The notes: generated from the letters alone by a model not told the origin. Shown: positions 47,081 to 59,824, counted from the stretch's first letter. The stretch is 64,000 bases of DNA from a bacterium (GCA_963675295.2 CAXXKJ010000002.1:4416001-4480000); one strand, 5' to 3'. Program-made: numbers and translations.

Positions 47081-47691
47081 CTTCCCACCTCATCGCTTCA
47101 TTTTGAGCGTTCCGTGGCCATTCTCTCACCTCCTCCGGTCATCGACCGGCCACGGTTCCTGCAACAGATCCGGGTGGTATGGTCCACCGGGATTCGGACG
47201 CGTCTGATTTGAGCGAATCGTTCGCATCCGGGCTGATGGTTAAACGTTTCATCCCGCCGCCAGTTGCAGGGTGGGGGCATGGTTTCGGCAAGCCGAGGAC
47301 TGCCCCGCTCATCCCCAACAGTACTCCGGAAGGATGACGGTATTGTGTGACCCAGATCACCGAACCCCAAAAACCGTGTCCCGGTCGAGACAGTTGGGTG
47401 GCTGGATCAGGTCTTCGCGTGTCAAGGAACAGTACCTGGAACGGTTCAACGCGGCATGCGTCGAGGGCGACACCCGTGGGTATTGCCCGCGTTTACAGTG
47501 CTCAACGTGGATCGAATGCCGACTTCGCGCGCCGTACGCAGCCGAAGTGTACCCGGTGCTCCATCAACTTTGTACGACAGGAGCCGGTTTTCGGGGGGCG
47601 CAGGGTCAAAAACGGTGATACCCCCGGTGGGTCACGCGCCGGGGGTATCGGTCCAACCGCTCCCGAAGGAGCGAGGGTTGTGTTTGAGTTA

Positions 47692-48795
47692 TCAGTTGCT
47701 GAGGCGCAGCAACGATATCGTCGTGTAGTTCTCTTCCTGTCCGAGCAGCACGTCGCCGTTGTTGTATAGCTTGATCGGGTGCAGGTATTCGGTGTGTACC
47801 CACCAGTTGTTGAGACCGGACCAGATCCTGTCGCCGCTGGTGTTGAACAGGTCGGCAGAACGGTCGTAGGTGCGCACGAACGCCATGTTGTTTGGCAGGG
47901 ACTGGACGACACTTTCGGTGATCCCGTTCGTGCCGGGCAGATAATCCGAATGCCATTCCTCGTCGCCGATCGAATCCAGCGCGACGACACGGATTCCGTC
48001 CTCGCCCGCAATGTTCGCGTTGACAAAGAAGCCGCCGTCCGGCCGGCGTGACACGGTGTGCAGCAACAGGCCGGTGTTCAGCGTGTTGGACCAGATGACA
48101 TTGCCCTGATGGTCGGCCTTGTAAATCGACGGTGTGGTACCCACGAGACCAATGAAAATCAGCTCGTTCGCGGTGAGTTGGACGTCGTCTACGGTTGTCA
48201 GCGGGACGTCGATGGCGGTCAGGCTCATGATGGTGCCGTTGAACCGCAGCTTGGCGAGGTAGTGGATCGGGTCGCCGTCCGGGCCTTCCATCCACAATGA
48301 GATGCCGATCATGTAGTTACTGAGCAGCGCGATGTCGTTGACCAGTTTCTCTCGTTCAGGCCGGCCATACCCTCCGGATCGCGCCCAGAGAATGGTGCCG
48401 ATGGCGGTGAGGCGGGCGGCGTGAATACCGTGCGGTTCCACCTCCCACGCACTGGTTTCGTTGACCGACCACGCGACCGCCGCGCCGCCGTCCGGCAGAG
48501 CGGTGATGCGTGAGCTTACAATCCGCAAGCTGGAATCCGTGGTCGCAATCTGACGGTTCCAGAGCAGGGTTCCGTTTGCATCGACTTTCAGCGCCCACAA
48601 TTCGCGCTGATCGGTATCGGTAAGGTCACGGACATAGAGCTGCACCGCGCCACCGTCGGCGTATGTGTCGACGTCCCGGCTGTGCGCGACCAGGTCGACA
48701 TTGAGCTGGTGCTGCATGACGACCGTGCGTTCCTGCGCGGGCGCCAGCATGGCGCAACTCAGCAGCAGAAGCAGGCTGAGAACAAGTCTATACAT
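47692..48795 (-). CDS. Secreted propeller-type paralog lacking any C-terminal sorting domain
   Basis: GGAGG-like RBS; DGGAVQLY..LKVDANG.LLW..LPDGG as in 34601-36061; ends TGA TAA. Confidence 0.8.
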   Translation of the reverse strand: MYRLVLSLLLLLSCAMLAPAQERTVVMQHQLNVDLVAHSRDVDTYADGGAVQLYVRDLTDTDQRELWALKVDANGTLLWNRQIATTDSSLRIVSSRITALPDGGAAVAWSVNETSAWEVEPHGIHAARLTAIGTILWARSGGYGRPEREKLVNDIALLSNYMIGISLWMEGPDGDPIHYLAKLRFNGTIMSLTAIDVPLTTVDDVQLTANELIFIGLVGTTPSIYKADHQGNVIWSNTLNTGLLLHTVSRRPDGGFFVNANIAGEDGIRVVALDSIGDEEWHSDYLPGTNGITESVVQSLPNNMAFVRTYDRSADLFNTSGDRIWSGLNNWWVHTEYLHPIKLYNNGDVLLGQEENYTTISLLRLSN

Positions 48796-49085
48796 ACCTC
48801 TCCCTCCGGACAACAACGAGCTGGGTGTGGGGATGTGCAGTGCAAGGCGAGCGGACAGACCCAACTTCACGAATTTTGAGAATTTATTAATCTACGGTTT
48901 TTTATCGCTGAGTTGCCAAGAGAAAGTTTGCGGATGCGAAGAAATTCTCCGTGGCTCGGAGACGGTTGGGCCGTGAGATCGAGATTCAACTTTTCCTTGA
49001 CACGTGTCCTCTTGCGGCTACCTTTGGGAACTTGCGTGCGTTGAGGTGACTACAACGCATAACCGATGACGACGACCACACACCC

Positions 49086-51140
49086 ATGACCTTTCTCGCA
49101 CCCGCGTTCTGGATCGGGCTGACGCTCGCAGCGTTACCGATCCTTATCCACCTGCTCGGACGGCGGCGGCTGAAAAAGCAACCGTTTTCGTCGCTGGAAT
49201 TCCTCCGCCGATTGCAGACGAAACGGATGCGCAAGCTCCGTCTCAAGCAAATCCTGCTGCTGATACTGCGCACGTTGGCGGTGCTCGCGCTGGCGTTGGC
49301 GTTCCTGCGTCCGGCGTTGCAGACAGCGGGGTTCGCCGGGGCCGGGTCGAGCGCGACGGTGATCGTCACCGACCAGTCGGCGTCAATGAGCGCGCGTCGT
49401 GGCGAGGTTGTGCCGGTGGACCGGGCAACGGAAATCGCGCAGGCGATCTGGAGTGCCGGAGGTGAGGTCGGGCTGGTGACGGCGGATGCGACGGGTGACC
49501 GCGACATCGCTCCGCGTGAGGCGAATGGTGAGGTGCCGAGGTGGTTGCGACAGTTCGAAACGGACGGCCGCGCGGCCTCGTTCGCACCGGCGTTACACCG
49601 GGCGGCGCGTTACCTGGAGGAGTCGGACGCAGCGTCGAAAGAGATCATCGTGCTCTCGGATTTCGCGGGTGGTGCGCCGGACTCGTTACCGCAGTTGGCG
49701 GATGACATCACGCTCTGGCGGATGCCACTAGCCGGGGAAGATGTCCCGAACCTCGCGATCACCGGGATGCGGTTGGGTGAGGTGATGCTGCGGCCCGGCG
49801 CGACCGGCACGATGAACGTGTCCGTGCAGCAATTCGGCGGGCGCGAGTCGATCCCGGTTCTGGTGACGATCACGCTGGACGGGCGAGTCGTCGCGGAAGG
49901 CGAGCTGACGGTGCCGGAATCCGGCGCGGTGGAGCAGGCGTACTCGTTCCGGGTGCCGGAGAGCGGCCAGCATGTCGGACGGATCGAGCTTGACCTGACG
50001 GACGCCCTGCTCGCGGATAACACGCATCACTTTGTGCTGACGGTGCCCGGCGAACGCTCGATCCTGCTGGTTGGCGACGATTTCGGCGCGTTGCGTTACT
50101 CTGAATTGGCTCTCAATCCCGAAGGCAAGAGCACGGTGTTTGATGTGACCGTGCGGCCCGGACCATTGCGCAATGTCGCGCGCCTGGACAACTACGACGC
50201 AGTGGTGTATGCGGGTGCGGTGTCGCCGTCCCAGGCGGACGCGCGCCGGTTGAAGCAGTTTACCGACGGCGGCGGCGGGCTGTGGCTGGTGCTCGGTGAG
50301 AACGCCGATCTCGCCGCGTGGAGCCGGACGATCCTGCCCGAGTTTGGCTACGGCGGGCTGGTTGAAGGCGGCGCACGCGGTGTGCGTGAATGGGATGCGT
50401 TGAACCGTGATCACCCGGCGTTGCACGGCCTGCTCGAAGGTGAAGGGCGCTATGACAAGCCGTCGGTCGCGCGGGTGTACACGGTCACCGGCGGGTCGGG
50501 TACAGAAGCGCTGGTGCGATTGAGCGACGGGACGGCGTTCCTGCTCGAACGCACGGACGGCGCGGGGCGGGTGTGGCTGACACCGTCCGCGATGGACACC
50601 GAGTGGACCGACTGGCCGGTGAGCGGTGTGTTCGCGCCGATGCTGCAGCAGGGTGTGCTGTGGCTGGCGGGCGCGCAACCGCAGGCGGGCGAGATTGCGT
50701 GCGGCGAACCGATCCTGTGGCCGGTGCCGGACGGCGCGGGTCAATCCTCCGGCGAGGTGATCGCACCGCAGGACCAGCGGCTGAGCGCAGAACCGGCGTT
50801 CCGTGGCGGACGGCAGGTGTGGATCACGCCGGACACACGCTGGCCGGGAGCGTACGAGCTGCAGGTCGATGAGAAGACAGTCAACCTCGCGGCCGCGAAT
50901 GTGCCGGTGAGCGAGAGTGATCTCAGCGCGTCGCAGAGCGGTTGGCCGGGCAGTGAACTGCGTATCCCCGAGGACGAAACGCTGGCGGACGCGTTGACGC
51001 AGGCGCGTGTCGGGCGCGAGATGACGCCGTGGCTGCTGCTGATCGCACTGCTGGCGTTGATCGCCGAGACGCTTGTCGCGCGTGACAAGAAGCAGTCCGC
51101 GCCGGAACGGGATGCGGTGCCGGTTACTGGTGAGCGGTAG
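49086..51140 (+). CDS. BatA-type N-terminal double-TM domain protein with vWA-like, Ig-like and GATase-like domains
   Basis: MTFLAP..PILIHL..FSSLEFL..LLLILRTLA..AFLRP; DQSASM and LSDF vWA motifs; C-terminal TM. Confidence 0.85.
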   Translation: MTFLAPAFWIGLTLAALPILIHLLGRRRLKKQPFSSLEFLRRLQTKRMRKLRLKQILLLILRTLAVLALALAFLRPALQTAGFAGAGSSATVIVTDQSASMSARRGEVVPVDRATEIAQAIWSAGGEVGLVTADATGDRDIAPREANGEVPRWLRQFETDGRAASFAPALHRAARYLEESDAASKEIIVLSDFAGGAPDSLPQLADDITLWRMPLAGEDVPNLAITGMRLGEVMLRPGATGTMNVSVQQFGGRESIPVLVTITLDGRVVAEGELTVPESGAVEQAYSFRVPESGQHVGRIELDLTDALLADNTHHFVLTVPGERSILLVGDDFGALRYSELALNPEGKSTVFDVTVRPGPLRNVARLDNYDAVVYAGAVSPSQADARRLKQFTDGGGGLWLVLGENADLAAWSRTILPEFGYGGLVEGGARGVREWDALNRDHPALHGLLEGEGRYDKPSVARVYTVTGGSGTEALVRLSDGTAFLLERTDGAGRVWLTPSAMDTEWTDWPVSGVFAPMLQQGVLWLAGAQPQAGEIACGEPILWPVPDGAGQSSGEVIAPQDQRLSAEPAFRGGRQVWITPDTRWPGAYELQVDEKTVNLAAANVPVSESDLSASQSGWPGSELRIPEDETLADALTQARVGREMTPWLLLIALLALIAETLVARDKKQSAPERDAVPVTGER

Positions 51141-51353
51141 GCGGTGATCGGTGATAGGTAGTCGTTTGGGTGGCTCGGTTCCTCGGCTGCGGCGCGCACT
51201 CTTGTGACCCGGGTGTCCCCAAACCAGACAACCTCTGCCATCCTCACGACAAAGTGTAACACACGATTTATTGTTGTCTGAATTCGTATCCGACTTGCCG
51301 CGCCAGCCGGTCTGTTGGCATATTTGATCTGAATCGATCAACCCGGAGACTAT

Positions 51354-52769
51354 ATGAAATCCGCCTTCTTCTGTACTTTTCTACTGTTCCTTTTCGCCAC
51401 GCCGGCAACTGCGCAACAGTTGTGGGCATCTCACGCGCTCCCCATTCATGCGAATACAGCCGGCCATGGTGAACTCATGCTCAGTGACTGGGACTCGGAT
51501 GGGGACACGGACCTTGTTGCTGTCACCACCGAACTTCGCATCTCAAAAAACTCCTACCCCGGCATCTGGGACACCTGGAGCTCGGGACATTACGATTTTG
51601 GTGACATGTACAACGGTGCGTTTGCCGATCTGGATGGCGACGGCGATCCAGACGTCCTTTTCGATGGCAATCCGGAGCTGGGCTGGCTTGAGAATTTGGG
51701 TGAATACCAGTTCACGCCACACATCCTCCCAGGCGGTCATGGCGGCGACCTCTCCGCTGGCGACATCGACGGCGACGGCGACAACGATTTCGTCATCGGG
51801 GCTGGAGTCACCGACCCGGGCATCTCGGTGTGGATCAATGATGGCGACGGAAACTTCACAGGTAGCCAGGCGTTTGTTGCTGCGGGCGACGGTTTTCGGA
51901 TTTCGAAACTTGCCGATTTCAACGATGACGGACTTCTGGATTTTGTAGCTGTAGCCAGTAACAGCGTTATAATTTTTATCGCGGAACCTGGCTCCATTTT
52001 CGTGGATCATCGGCTTCGTTCCGACTATTTTTCGGTTCAACCCGCAGAAATCGTGGATTTTGATCACGATGGCGACCCGGACATTCTGCTTTCCGAACAC
52101 CTCTATCGTGAACCTTTGGGATCTCGTCGGATTCTGTATCTGGAAAATGTGGACGGTACTTCTTTCGATTATCATGTGCTCTGGACGGCTTTTCCCGGTG
52201 ATCCTCGCGCGATTGTACCACTTGATGTCAACTTGGATGGCTATACGGACATCGCCTATGGGAATCAGATGTTGATTAACACCGGAGATAACCTGACGTT
52301 TGCCGCTCGAATGTATTCGGAAGGAAATGAACCTCAACCATTCACCGATGTGCAATTAAAAGCCGCTGACATCGACGGTGACGGCGACATGGACATCCTG
52401 AACCAGGAAGTGCGCTGGTTTGTCAATCCATACATCAGCCGCCGCATCGAGATCGGGCTGGACGCCATGCAGACCAACGTCCCCGCGAACGGTGGCTTCA
52501 TCACCTACCACGGCGCGCTAAGAAACTACATGGCGAATCCACGCTACCTGCGGGTGTGGTCGACAGTCACCTTCCCCGGTGGGAACGAGTCCACCGTCTG
52601 GACAATGCGGCGTGTCTTCCAGCCGGACCAGGTCTACGAAGCCGACACAATCCAGCAGTACATCCCACCCGCTGCTCCGCCGGGCACATACACCTTCACC
52701 GTCCATTTCGGCGATCCGGACCAGCTGGATGTTATCGGCGACTCGTTCCAGTTTGAGAAGCACGAGTGA
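51354..52769 (+). CDS. Secreted FG-GAP/VCBS-repeat protein with C-terminal Ig-like 'VPANGG' domain, copy 1
   Basis: Seven DxDxDGDxD-type loops; signal peptide. Confidence 0.88.
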   Translation: MKSAFFCTFLLFLFATPATAQQLWASHALPIHANTAGHGELMLSDWDSDGDTDLVAVTTELRISKNSYPGIWDTWSSGHYDFGDMYNGAFADLDGDGDPDVLFDGNPELGWLENLGEYQFTPHILPGGHGGDLSAGDIDGDGDNDFVIGAGVTDPGISVWINDGDGNFTGSQAFVAAGDGFRISKLADFNDDGLLDFVAVASNSVIIFIAEPGSIFVDHRLRSDYFSVQPAEIVDFDHDGDPDILLSEHLYREPLGSRRILYLENVDGTSFDYHVLWTAFPGDPRAIVPLDVNLDGYTDIAYGNQMLINTGDNLTFAARMYSEGNEPQPFTDVQLKAADIDGDGDMDILNQEVRWFVNPYISRRIEIGLDAMQTNVPANGGFITYHGALRNYMANPRYLRVWSTVTFPGGNESTVWTMRRVFQPDQVYEADTIQQYIPPAAPPGTYTFTVHFGDPDQLDVIGDSFQFEKHE

Positions 52770-52810
52770 TGGATCATGCAAACCAGATCAATCGAACTAT
52801 GAGGCTCACA

Positions 52811-54223
<1,413 letters not shown>

Positions 54224-54264
54224 TGGATCGTGCAAACCAGATCAATCGAACTATGAGGCTCACA

Positions 54265-55680
54265 ATGAGAACCATGTTCTTCACCGCAGTTCTACTGTTC
54301 CTCTTCGCCACGCCGGCAACTGCGCAACAGTTGTGGCCGACTCGCTTCATCGCCGGAGGAGGAAATCAAGGTCCTTTTCAGCTCATCGATTACGATGAGG
54401 ACGGCGACCCTGACCTGTTGACCAAACCGGGTCCTCTGCGCGTGTACGTGAACAACTACCCCAGCCCGTGGAGTCTGGTTGTGGACGCCACTCCCGGAGC
54501 AGGCTTGGTCAGGCATGGAGTAGCCATCGACGTGGACGGAGACGGCGACCTTGACTACATCGCAAGTAATACAAGTAGTCAGGTGTATTGGTTCGAATAT
54601 ACCGGCCAATCGCAGTTCGTGCTGCACCTAATCGCGGACGGCATCCAGGGCGACATTTCAGCTGGCGACATCGACGGCGACGGCGACAACGATTTTGTCG
54701 TCGGGTCTAGTGGTTTGCTGAACGATCCCGGTGTCTCAGTCTTTTTCAACGATGGCTCGGGCAACTTCACCCTTTTGGAGTACGCTGAGGAATATGGGTA
54801 TTGGGTATCCAATCTCGCTGACCTGAACGGCGATGACATACTCGACTTCGCCGTTGTTGGACAGACTGGAACGAACTACTTGAAGTTATTCCTTTCAGAA
54901 GGTGGGACTCAATTTCAAGTTGTTAGCCTGGTGCAAAACGACTATCGGGTTTTTAACACCCCAAAACTGGTGGATTTCGATCAAGACGGTGATGTGGACA
55001 TCTTGACATCTGACCGACGAGTGAACCTCCCTAACAACGAACGGCGTGTGATATGTTGGGAGAGCACCGTTGACTCCAGTTTTAACCCACATGTCCTCTG
55101 GACTGGTCTTGACGGACAACCGTGGACAATCGCACCGGCAGACATTGATCTCGATGGCAACCTCGACATTGTTTACGGCCCGCAGTTGCTCATCAATTCA
55201 GGCGACAACCTGACGTTTGTCGCGAGATCCTACGCTCAAGGCATCAACTTGCACGCGGATGACCAGCTCGAAGTGGCCGACATCGACGGTGACGGCGACA
55301 TGGACATCCTCAACCAGGAAGTGCGCTGGTTTGTCAATCCGTACATCAGCCGCCGCATCGAGATCGGACTGGACGCCATGCAGACCAACGTCCCCGCGAA
55401 CGGCGGGTTCATCACGTATCACGGCGCGCTGCTGAACAACATGGCGAATCCGCGCTACCTGCGTGTGTGGTCAACGGTTACCTTCCCCGGCGGTAACGAG
55501 TCCACCGTCTGGTCGATGCGACGTGTCTTTCAGCCGGACCAGGTCTACGAGGCGCAGGAAATCACGCAGTATGTCCCGTCCGCCGCTCCGCCGGGCACAT
55601 ACACGTTCACCGTCCACTTCGGCGACCCGGATCAGCTGGATGTCATCGGCGACTCGTTCCAATTTGAGAAGCATGAGTAG
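54265..55680 (+). CDS. FG-GAP/VCBS-repeat protein, copy 3
   Basis: As copy 2; start 1454 bp downstream of the copy 2 start. Confidence 0.88.
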   Translation: MRTMFFTAVLLFLFATPATAQQLWPTRFIAGGGNQGPFQLIDYDEDGDPDLLTKPGPLRVYVNNYPSPWSLVVDATPGAGLVRHGVAIDVDGDGDLDYIASNTSSQVYWFEYTGQSQFVLHLIADGIQGDISAGDIDGDGDNDFVVGSSGLLNDPGVSVFFNDGSGNFTLLEYAEEYGYWVSNLADLNGDDILDFAVVGQTGTNYLKLFLSEGGTQFQVVSLVQNDYRVFNTPKLVDFDQDGDVDILTSDRRVNLPNNERRVICWESTVDSSFNPHVLWTGLDGQPWTIAPADIDLDGNLDIVYGPQLLINSGDNLTFVARSYAQGINLHADDQLEVADIDGDGDMDILNQEVRWFVNPYISRRIEIGLDAMQTNVPANGGFITYHGALLNNMANPRYLRVWSTVTFPGGNESTVWSMRRVFQPDQVYEAQEITQYVPSAAPPGTYTFTVHFGDPDQLDVIGDSFQFEKHE

Positions 55681-56028
55681 CAGCTAGACATACCTGTGTA
55701 GCCGGGTGGCCCTGGTCACCCAGCCGGAATACCCAGCGAATCGTTGTATCCATCGTCTGGATCAGAAATACGTTGCGTCTGCTACCAACGATACCGTATA
55801 CTTGGCCTACTCGGAATGACGGCGGGGATGAGCGTGGCTCGATGATGACACGCCGAACCCGTCACAACTGGAGTTCCTTCGATGATCTAATCCGCTCCTC
55901 GTTCAACAGCCGGTTTCTATTGAACCCCGAGCGGGGAGACCCCTCCCTCTTCGCGTGATGGACTGCTGCCGTCGGCAACGCCCGATCACGTTGTACCTTG
56001 CACGTAGCACACATTCCGAGATTGCTTT

Positions 56029-57330
56029 ATGAATTCACTTGAATCGATGCAGTATCTCCCGTCCGAGGGAGAAGGACGAGAAACCGCGATGCTCGCGGCG
56101 GTGATTGGTCCGACGACGCCGGTGTGGGTCGTGGAGGATCACCTCGACGAGCTCGAGGCGCTCGCGGATACGGCCGGTGCGGATGTTGTCGGCCGGATGA
56201 CCCAGCCGCGGATGAAGCCCGATGTAGCGACCTATCTCGGGTCCGGCAAGGTGTCTGAGCTGACGCACGAGGCGAAGAACAAGGGCGCGAACCTGCTCAT
56301 TTTCGACGAGGATCTGACACCGATTCAGGTGCGAAACATCGAGTCGAAGACGAAGCTGAAAGTGATCGACCGCAGCGCGTTGATCCTTGATATTTTCGCC
56401 CGCCGTGCGCGAACTTCCGAAGCCAAGGTGCAGGTTGAACTGGCGCAGTTGCAGTATTACATGCCGCGTCTGACCAAGATGTGGTCGCACCTCGCCGGGC
56501 AACAGGGTGGTATCGGCTTCCGTGGTCCCGGTGAAACGCAGCTCGAAGTCGACCGCCGGATTGTGACGCAGCGGATCACGATGCTGCGCAAGAAGCTCGA
56601 GAAGATCAGCAAGCAGCGGGAAACGAGACGCCGCAGCCGTCGCGGGACACCCACCGCCGCGCTGGTCGGCTACACGAATGTCGGCAAGTCGACGCTGCTC
56701 AACGCGTTGAGCGGCACGAAGGACGCGTTCGTGGAAAACCGGCTCTTTGCGACACTCGACCCGAAATGGCGTCAGGTGGGGTCCGAATCCGGGCGTCAAT
56801 TCCTGTTGATTGACACGGTCGGCTTCATCCGCAAGCTGCCGCATCACCTGGTCGCGTCGTTCCGGTCAACCCTCGAGGAAGCGCAGACGGCGGACGTGAT
56901 TGTGCATGTCGCTGATCTGTCGCATCCGTTGTTCGAGGATCAGATCGTGCAGACCGAGAAGGTGCTGAAAGAGCTCGGCCTTGAAGAAAAGCCGACGCTG
57001 CTGGTATTTAACAAGATCGACCAGGTGGACAACCCGGCGATTGTTGAGAAGGCCCGGCAGAACCATCCGGATGCGCTGTTTGTCTCGGCGGTGAAAGGGA
57101 TGCGGATCTGGGAGCTGCGGGACGTTCTCGAGGAACGGCTGTTTGTCAGCAAATCGGACGTCGATCTCGAAGTCACCCCGGACCAGTTGAAGCTACTCGA
57201 CCAGATTGGCGGTTCGCTTGTGCTGCGCAACAAGCAGTGGCATGAGGGTGTGATCCAGCTGACGTTGAGCGGTCCGAAGCCGGACGTCGACAACGCGTTA
57301 CGCACACTCGGGATGCCAGTGCGGGCGTAA
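56029..57330 (+). CDS. hflX: GTPase HflX
   Basis: QVELAQLQY, GPGETQLEVDRR, GYTNVGKS, LFATLD, DTVGFI, NKID. Confidence 0.97.
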   Translation: MNSLESMQYLPSEGEGRETAMLAAVIGPTTPVWVVEDHLDELEALADTAGADVVGRMTQPRMKPDVATYLGSGKVSELTHEAKNKGANLLIFDEDLTPIQVRNIESKTKLKVIDRSALILDIFARRARTSEAKVQVELAQLQYYMPRLTKMWSHLAGQQGGIGFRGPGETQLEVDRRIVTQRITMLRKKLEKISKQRETRRRSRRGTPTAALVGYTNVGKSTLLNALSGTKDAFVENRLFATLDPKWRQVGSESGRQFLLIDTVGFIRKLPHHLVASFRSTLEEAQTADVIVHVADLSHPLFEDQIVQTEKVLKELGLEEKPTLLVFNKIDQVDNPAIVEKARQNHPDALFVSAVKGMRIWELRDVLEERLFVSKSDVDLEVTPDQLKLLDQIGGSLVLRNKQWHEGVIQLTLSGPKPDVDNALRTLGMPVRA

Positions 57331-57331
57331 G

Positions 57332-57425
57332 GTGTCATCCTGAACGACGTGAAGGATCTCCGGAATTATCGCCTTAGAATTGGCTGGAGATTCTTCACAT
57401 CGCTACGCGATGTTCAGAATGACAC
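57332..57425. repeat. GTCAT..ATGAC palindromic repeat
   Basis: gtgtcatcctgaac..gaaggatctcc / ggagattcttca..gttcagaatgacac. Confidence 0.8.
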
Positions 57426-57583
57426 ACCTTGTCATTTTTCGTTAAAGCTGGGAAAATACGGGGACACCTCAATGAGATGTCCCCGATTCATTCAGCCATA
57501 AAAATATGCGGGGACATCGACATCGATGTCCCCGCACCCCACAGCCCGGCGTATGCCAGAACGCCGGGTGTATCCCCCTTGTG

Positions 57584-59824
57584 TTACTTCATCAAGGTGA
57601 CCTTCTGGACGTTGTTCAGCTGTCCCGGAACCTGTGTCTGCACGAAGTACAGGCCACTGGCCAGGTTCGAACCATCCAGAACGAGGTTGTGATGACCAGC
57701 CTGGAACTGACCGTTCGCCAACTCAGCGACCATCTGGCCGTTGATGTTGTAGACACGGACAGACAGGTCAGCCGCTTCCGGCAGCGCGATATTGATGTTC
57801 GCGGTCGGGTTGAACGGGTTCGGATAGACCGACGCCACTTCGTATTCCTGCGGAAGTTCGGTCGGGCTCGCGAGACCGTTCATCGCCAGCGCCCAATCGG
57901 AGTCAGCCCACGCACCGCCCATCGAACCGAAGCCGACCTTCCAGAAGTAGAAGATGTCTTCGTAAACGATGGTGTTCGGATAGTCACCGATCGCGGCGTG
58001 GTAGGTGTAGAGACCTGTCGGGGCCATACCCGGAACCTGCAGCACGAGCTGCGGGATCGTGGTCGAACCCGGCTGGATCACAACCGGAGTCTGCGCGATC
58101 GGGCCGTAGTTGCTGCCGTTCGGCAGGGTCGCCCAGGTCCACGCGTCAAACTGCGTCGCGGTGCCAACGTTGTTGATCAGTTCCGCAGAGTAGACAATCA
58201 TGCCGCCACTGCCAGGAACCGTGGTGCCCTGCACCGGCGTGATCAACACCTGGTATTCGTAACCGGCATACCAGTAGAAGTCGTCGATCGCGGCACCGGA
58301 ATAGGTGTTGACCGAGCTGTCGGTACCGTGGTGGAACTGGACCCAGAACGGCTGTCCGACATACATGCTCATGTCGAATTCGACGTATTCCCAATCCGTC
58401 GAGGTACCGTTGAAGCCCGGTTCATTATTGAGACCGACAATGTCCGAATCCGGATACCCGCCAATCGGGGTAATCAGTTCCCAGGTGTTTCCACCGTCGA
58501 ACGAAATCTTAACGTTGTAACCGTCATAGTTGACTTCGTAATCGACGAAGTGGTAGTAGCTCAGCGTGGCGGTTACATCGTTCGCCTCGAACGAGGTGAC
58601 CGAGGTCAGGAAGTCACTATCGCTGTTGTTGTAGTCGCCCGCCAGGACGGTAGCCCAGCAGTTGTCACCAGAGTACGCCCCGTTCGGTTCCACCGTCGGA
58701 GTACCCCATTCCCAGGTCCCGGTACCTTCAAAGAAGCCCTGGTCCGCTTCGAAGTCGGTGAAGTAGTCACCCGACACCGGCGGCGGCAGGGCGTCCAGCA
58801 CGAAATCGTAGTCGTTGTCGCCCGGATCGAGCACGACCGAACCCATGTAAGTGAAGTAGCCGTCCGCAGAGATCATGACGTTGTTGTCACCGGAGAACTG
58901 GTCGAAGATTTCGTAGTAACCGGTCGCATCGGTAACGTCAGAGCCGTTGCCGATGTAAACGTTGGCACCGACGATCGGATCGGTACCATCGGTAACATAG
59001 CCCATCACGTTGGCGTCGCCCGGCATAATGCTGAACTCAATGGCGAGGTCGTCAAACGGATAGTCGGTCGGAGCAGTCTGGAACGAAGCGGACAGACCCA
59101 CAGAGCCGTCACCCTGAATACCGATCGATTCGTACGTGAGGTCGAATCCAGGCTGGATCTCATCGTACTGGAGCATGACACGGCCGTCGCTATACAGAAT
59201 GACTTCGGCAGTAATCCAGTACTGGGTGGCGCCATTCGGATACTGATCGTACTGGTAGAACTCAATGACGAGATGATCGTCAATGGTTTCGTAGTAGACC
59301 AGACCATCAGCGCCGTCAGCCGGATCCAGGTCATCCCAGAACCAGGCGATGAACGGGACGTCGTAGTTCGTGGTCGGCATCTGGGCGTTGCCGTAGCTGA
59401 TGTACGTACCGTCGAACACGATGGTACCGTTGGAGTTCACGTAGAACTGGGTGTAAGCGTTTCCATAGAACGGGAACGAGAACCCAATCGGGAACGGACC
59501 AACGATGTCGTCGTCACCAAGTGCGCCTGTTGCGACTTCGGTACCGGTGCCGGTAATGTCGATCCAGTTGTAGGTCGGACCGTCTGGTTCGTCACTGTCC
59601 TTGAAGATGTAGCCGTATGCATCCGGGCCGCCGGCATTGTCAATCACCGGACCCTGGTTGAACTGGAAGTCAACTGACTTCAGCAGGTGGAACTCTTCCG
59701 CAGTCAATGTATAGCCAGCGTTGTAACGCTCAATCGCCTTATACACCTCTTCCTTTGGTGCATCCGCGCTGGCGACTGCGGCTACAAACAGCAGCACAAA
59801 CAACAGCAGAAATGCTTTTCTCAT
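57584..59824 (-). CDS. Large secreted multidomain protein (GGPDAYGY domain, carboxypeptidase-regulatory-like, jelly-roll-like, Ig-like 'VPGSGG', T9SS CTD)
   Basis: Signal peptide; GGPDAYGY..IGFSFPFYG; GYVTD..GANV..TDATGYY; WEWGTP..YDG; VYPNPFNP..QKVTLMK. Confidence 0.85.
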   Translation of the reverse strand: MRKAFLLLFVLLFVAAVASADAPKEEVYKAIERYNAGYTLTAEEFHLLKSVDFQFNQGPVIDNAGGPDAYGYIFKDSDEPDGPTYNWIDITGTGTEVATGALGDDDIVGPFPIGFSFPFYGNAYTQFYVNSNGTIVFDGTYISYGNAQMPTTNYDVPFIAWFWDDLDPADGADGLVYYETIDDHLVIEFYQYDQYPNGATQYWITAEVILYSDGRVMLQYDEIQPGFDLTYESIGIQGDGSVGLSASFQTAPTDYPFDDLAIEFSIMPGDANVMGYVTDGTDPIVGANVYIGNGSDVTDATGYYEIFDQFSGDNNVMISADGYFTYMGSVVLDPGDNDYDFVLDALPPPVSGDYFTDFEADQGFFEGTGTWEWGTPTVEPNGAYSGDNCWATVLAGDYNNSDSDFLTSVTSFEANDVTATLSYYHFVDYEVNYDGYNVKISFDGGNTWELITPIGGYPDSDIVGLNNEPGFNGTSTDWEYVEFDMSMYVGQPFWVQFHHGTDSSVNTYSGAAIDDFYWYAGYEYQVLITPVQGTTVPGSGGMIVYSAELINNVGTATQFDAWTWATLPNGSNYGPIAQTPVVIQPGSTTIPQLVLQVPGMAPTGLYTYHAAIGDYPNTIVYEDIFYFWKVGFGSMGGAWADSDWALAMNGLASPTELPQEYEVASVYPNPFNPTANINIALPEAADLSVRVYNINGQMVAELANGQFQAGHHNLVLDGSNLASGLYFVQTQVPGQLNNVQKVTLMK

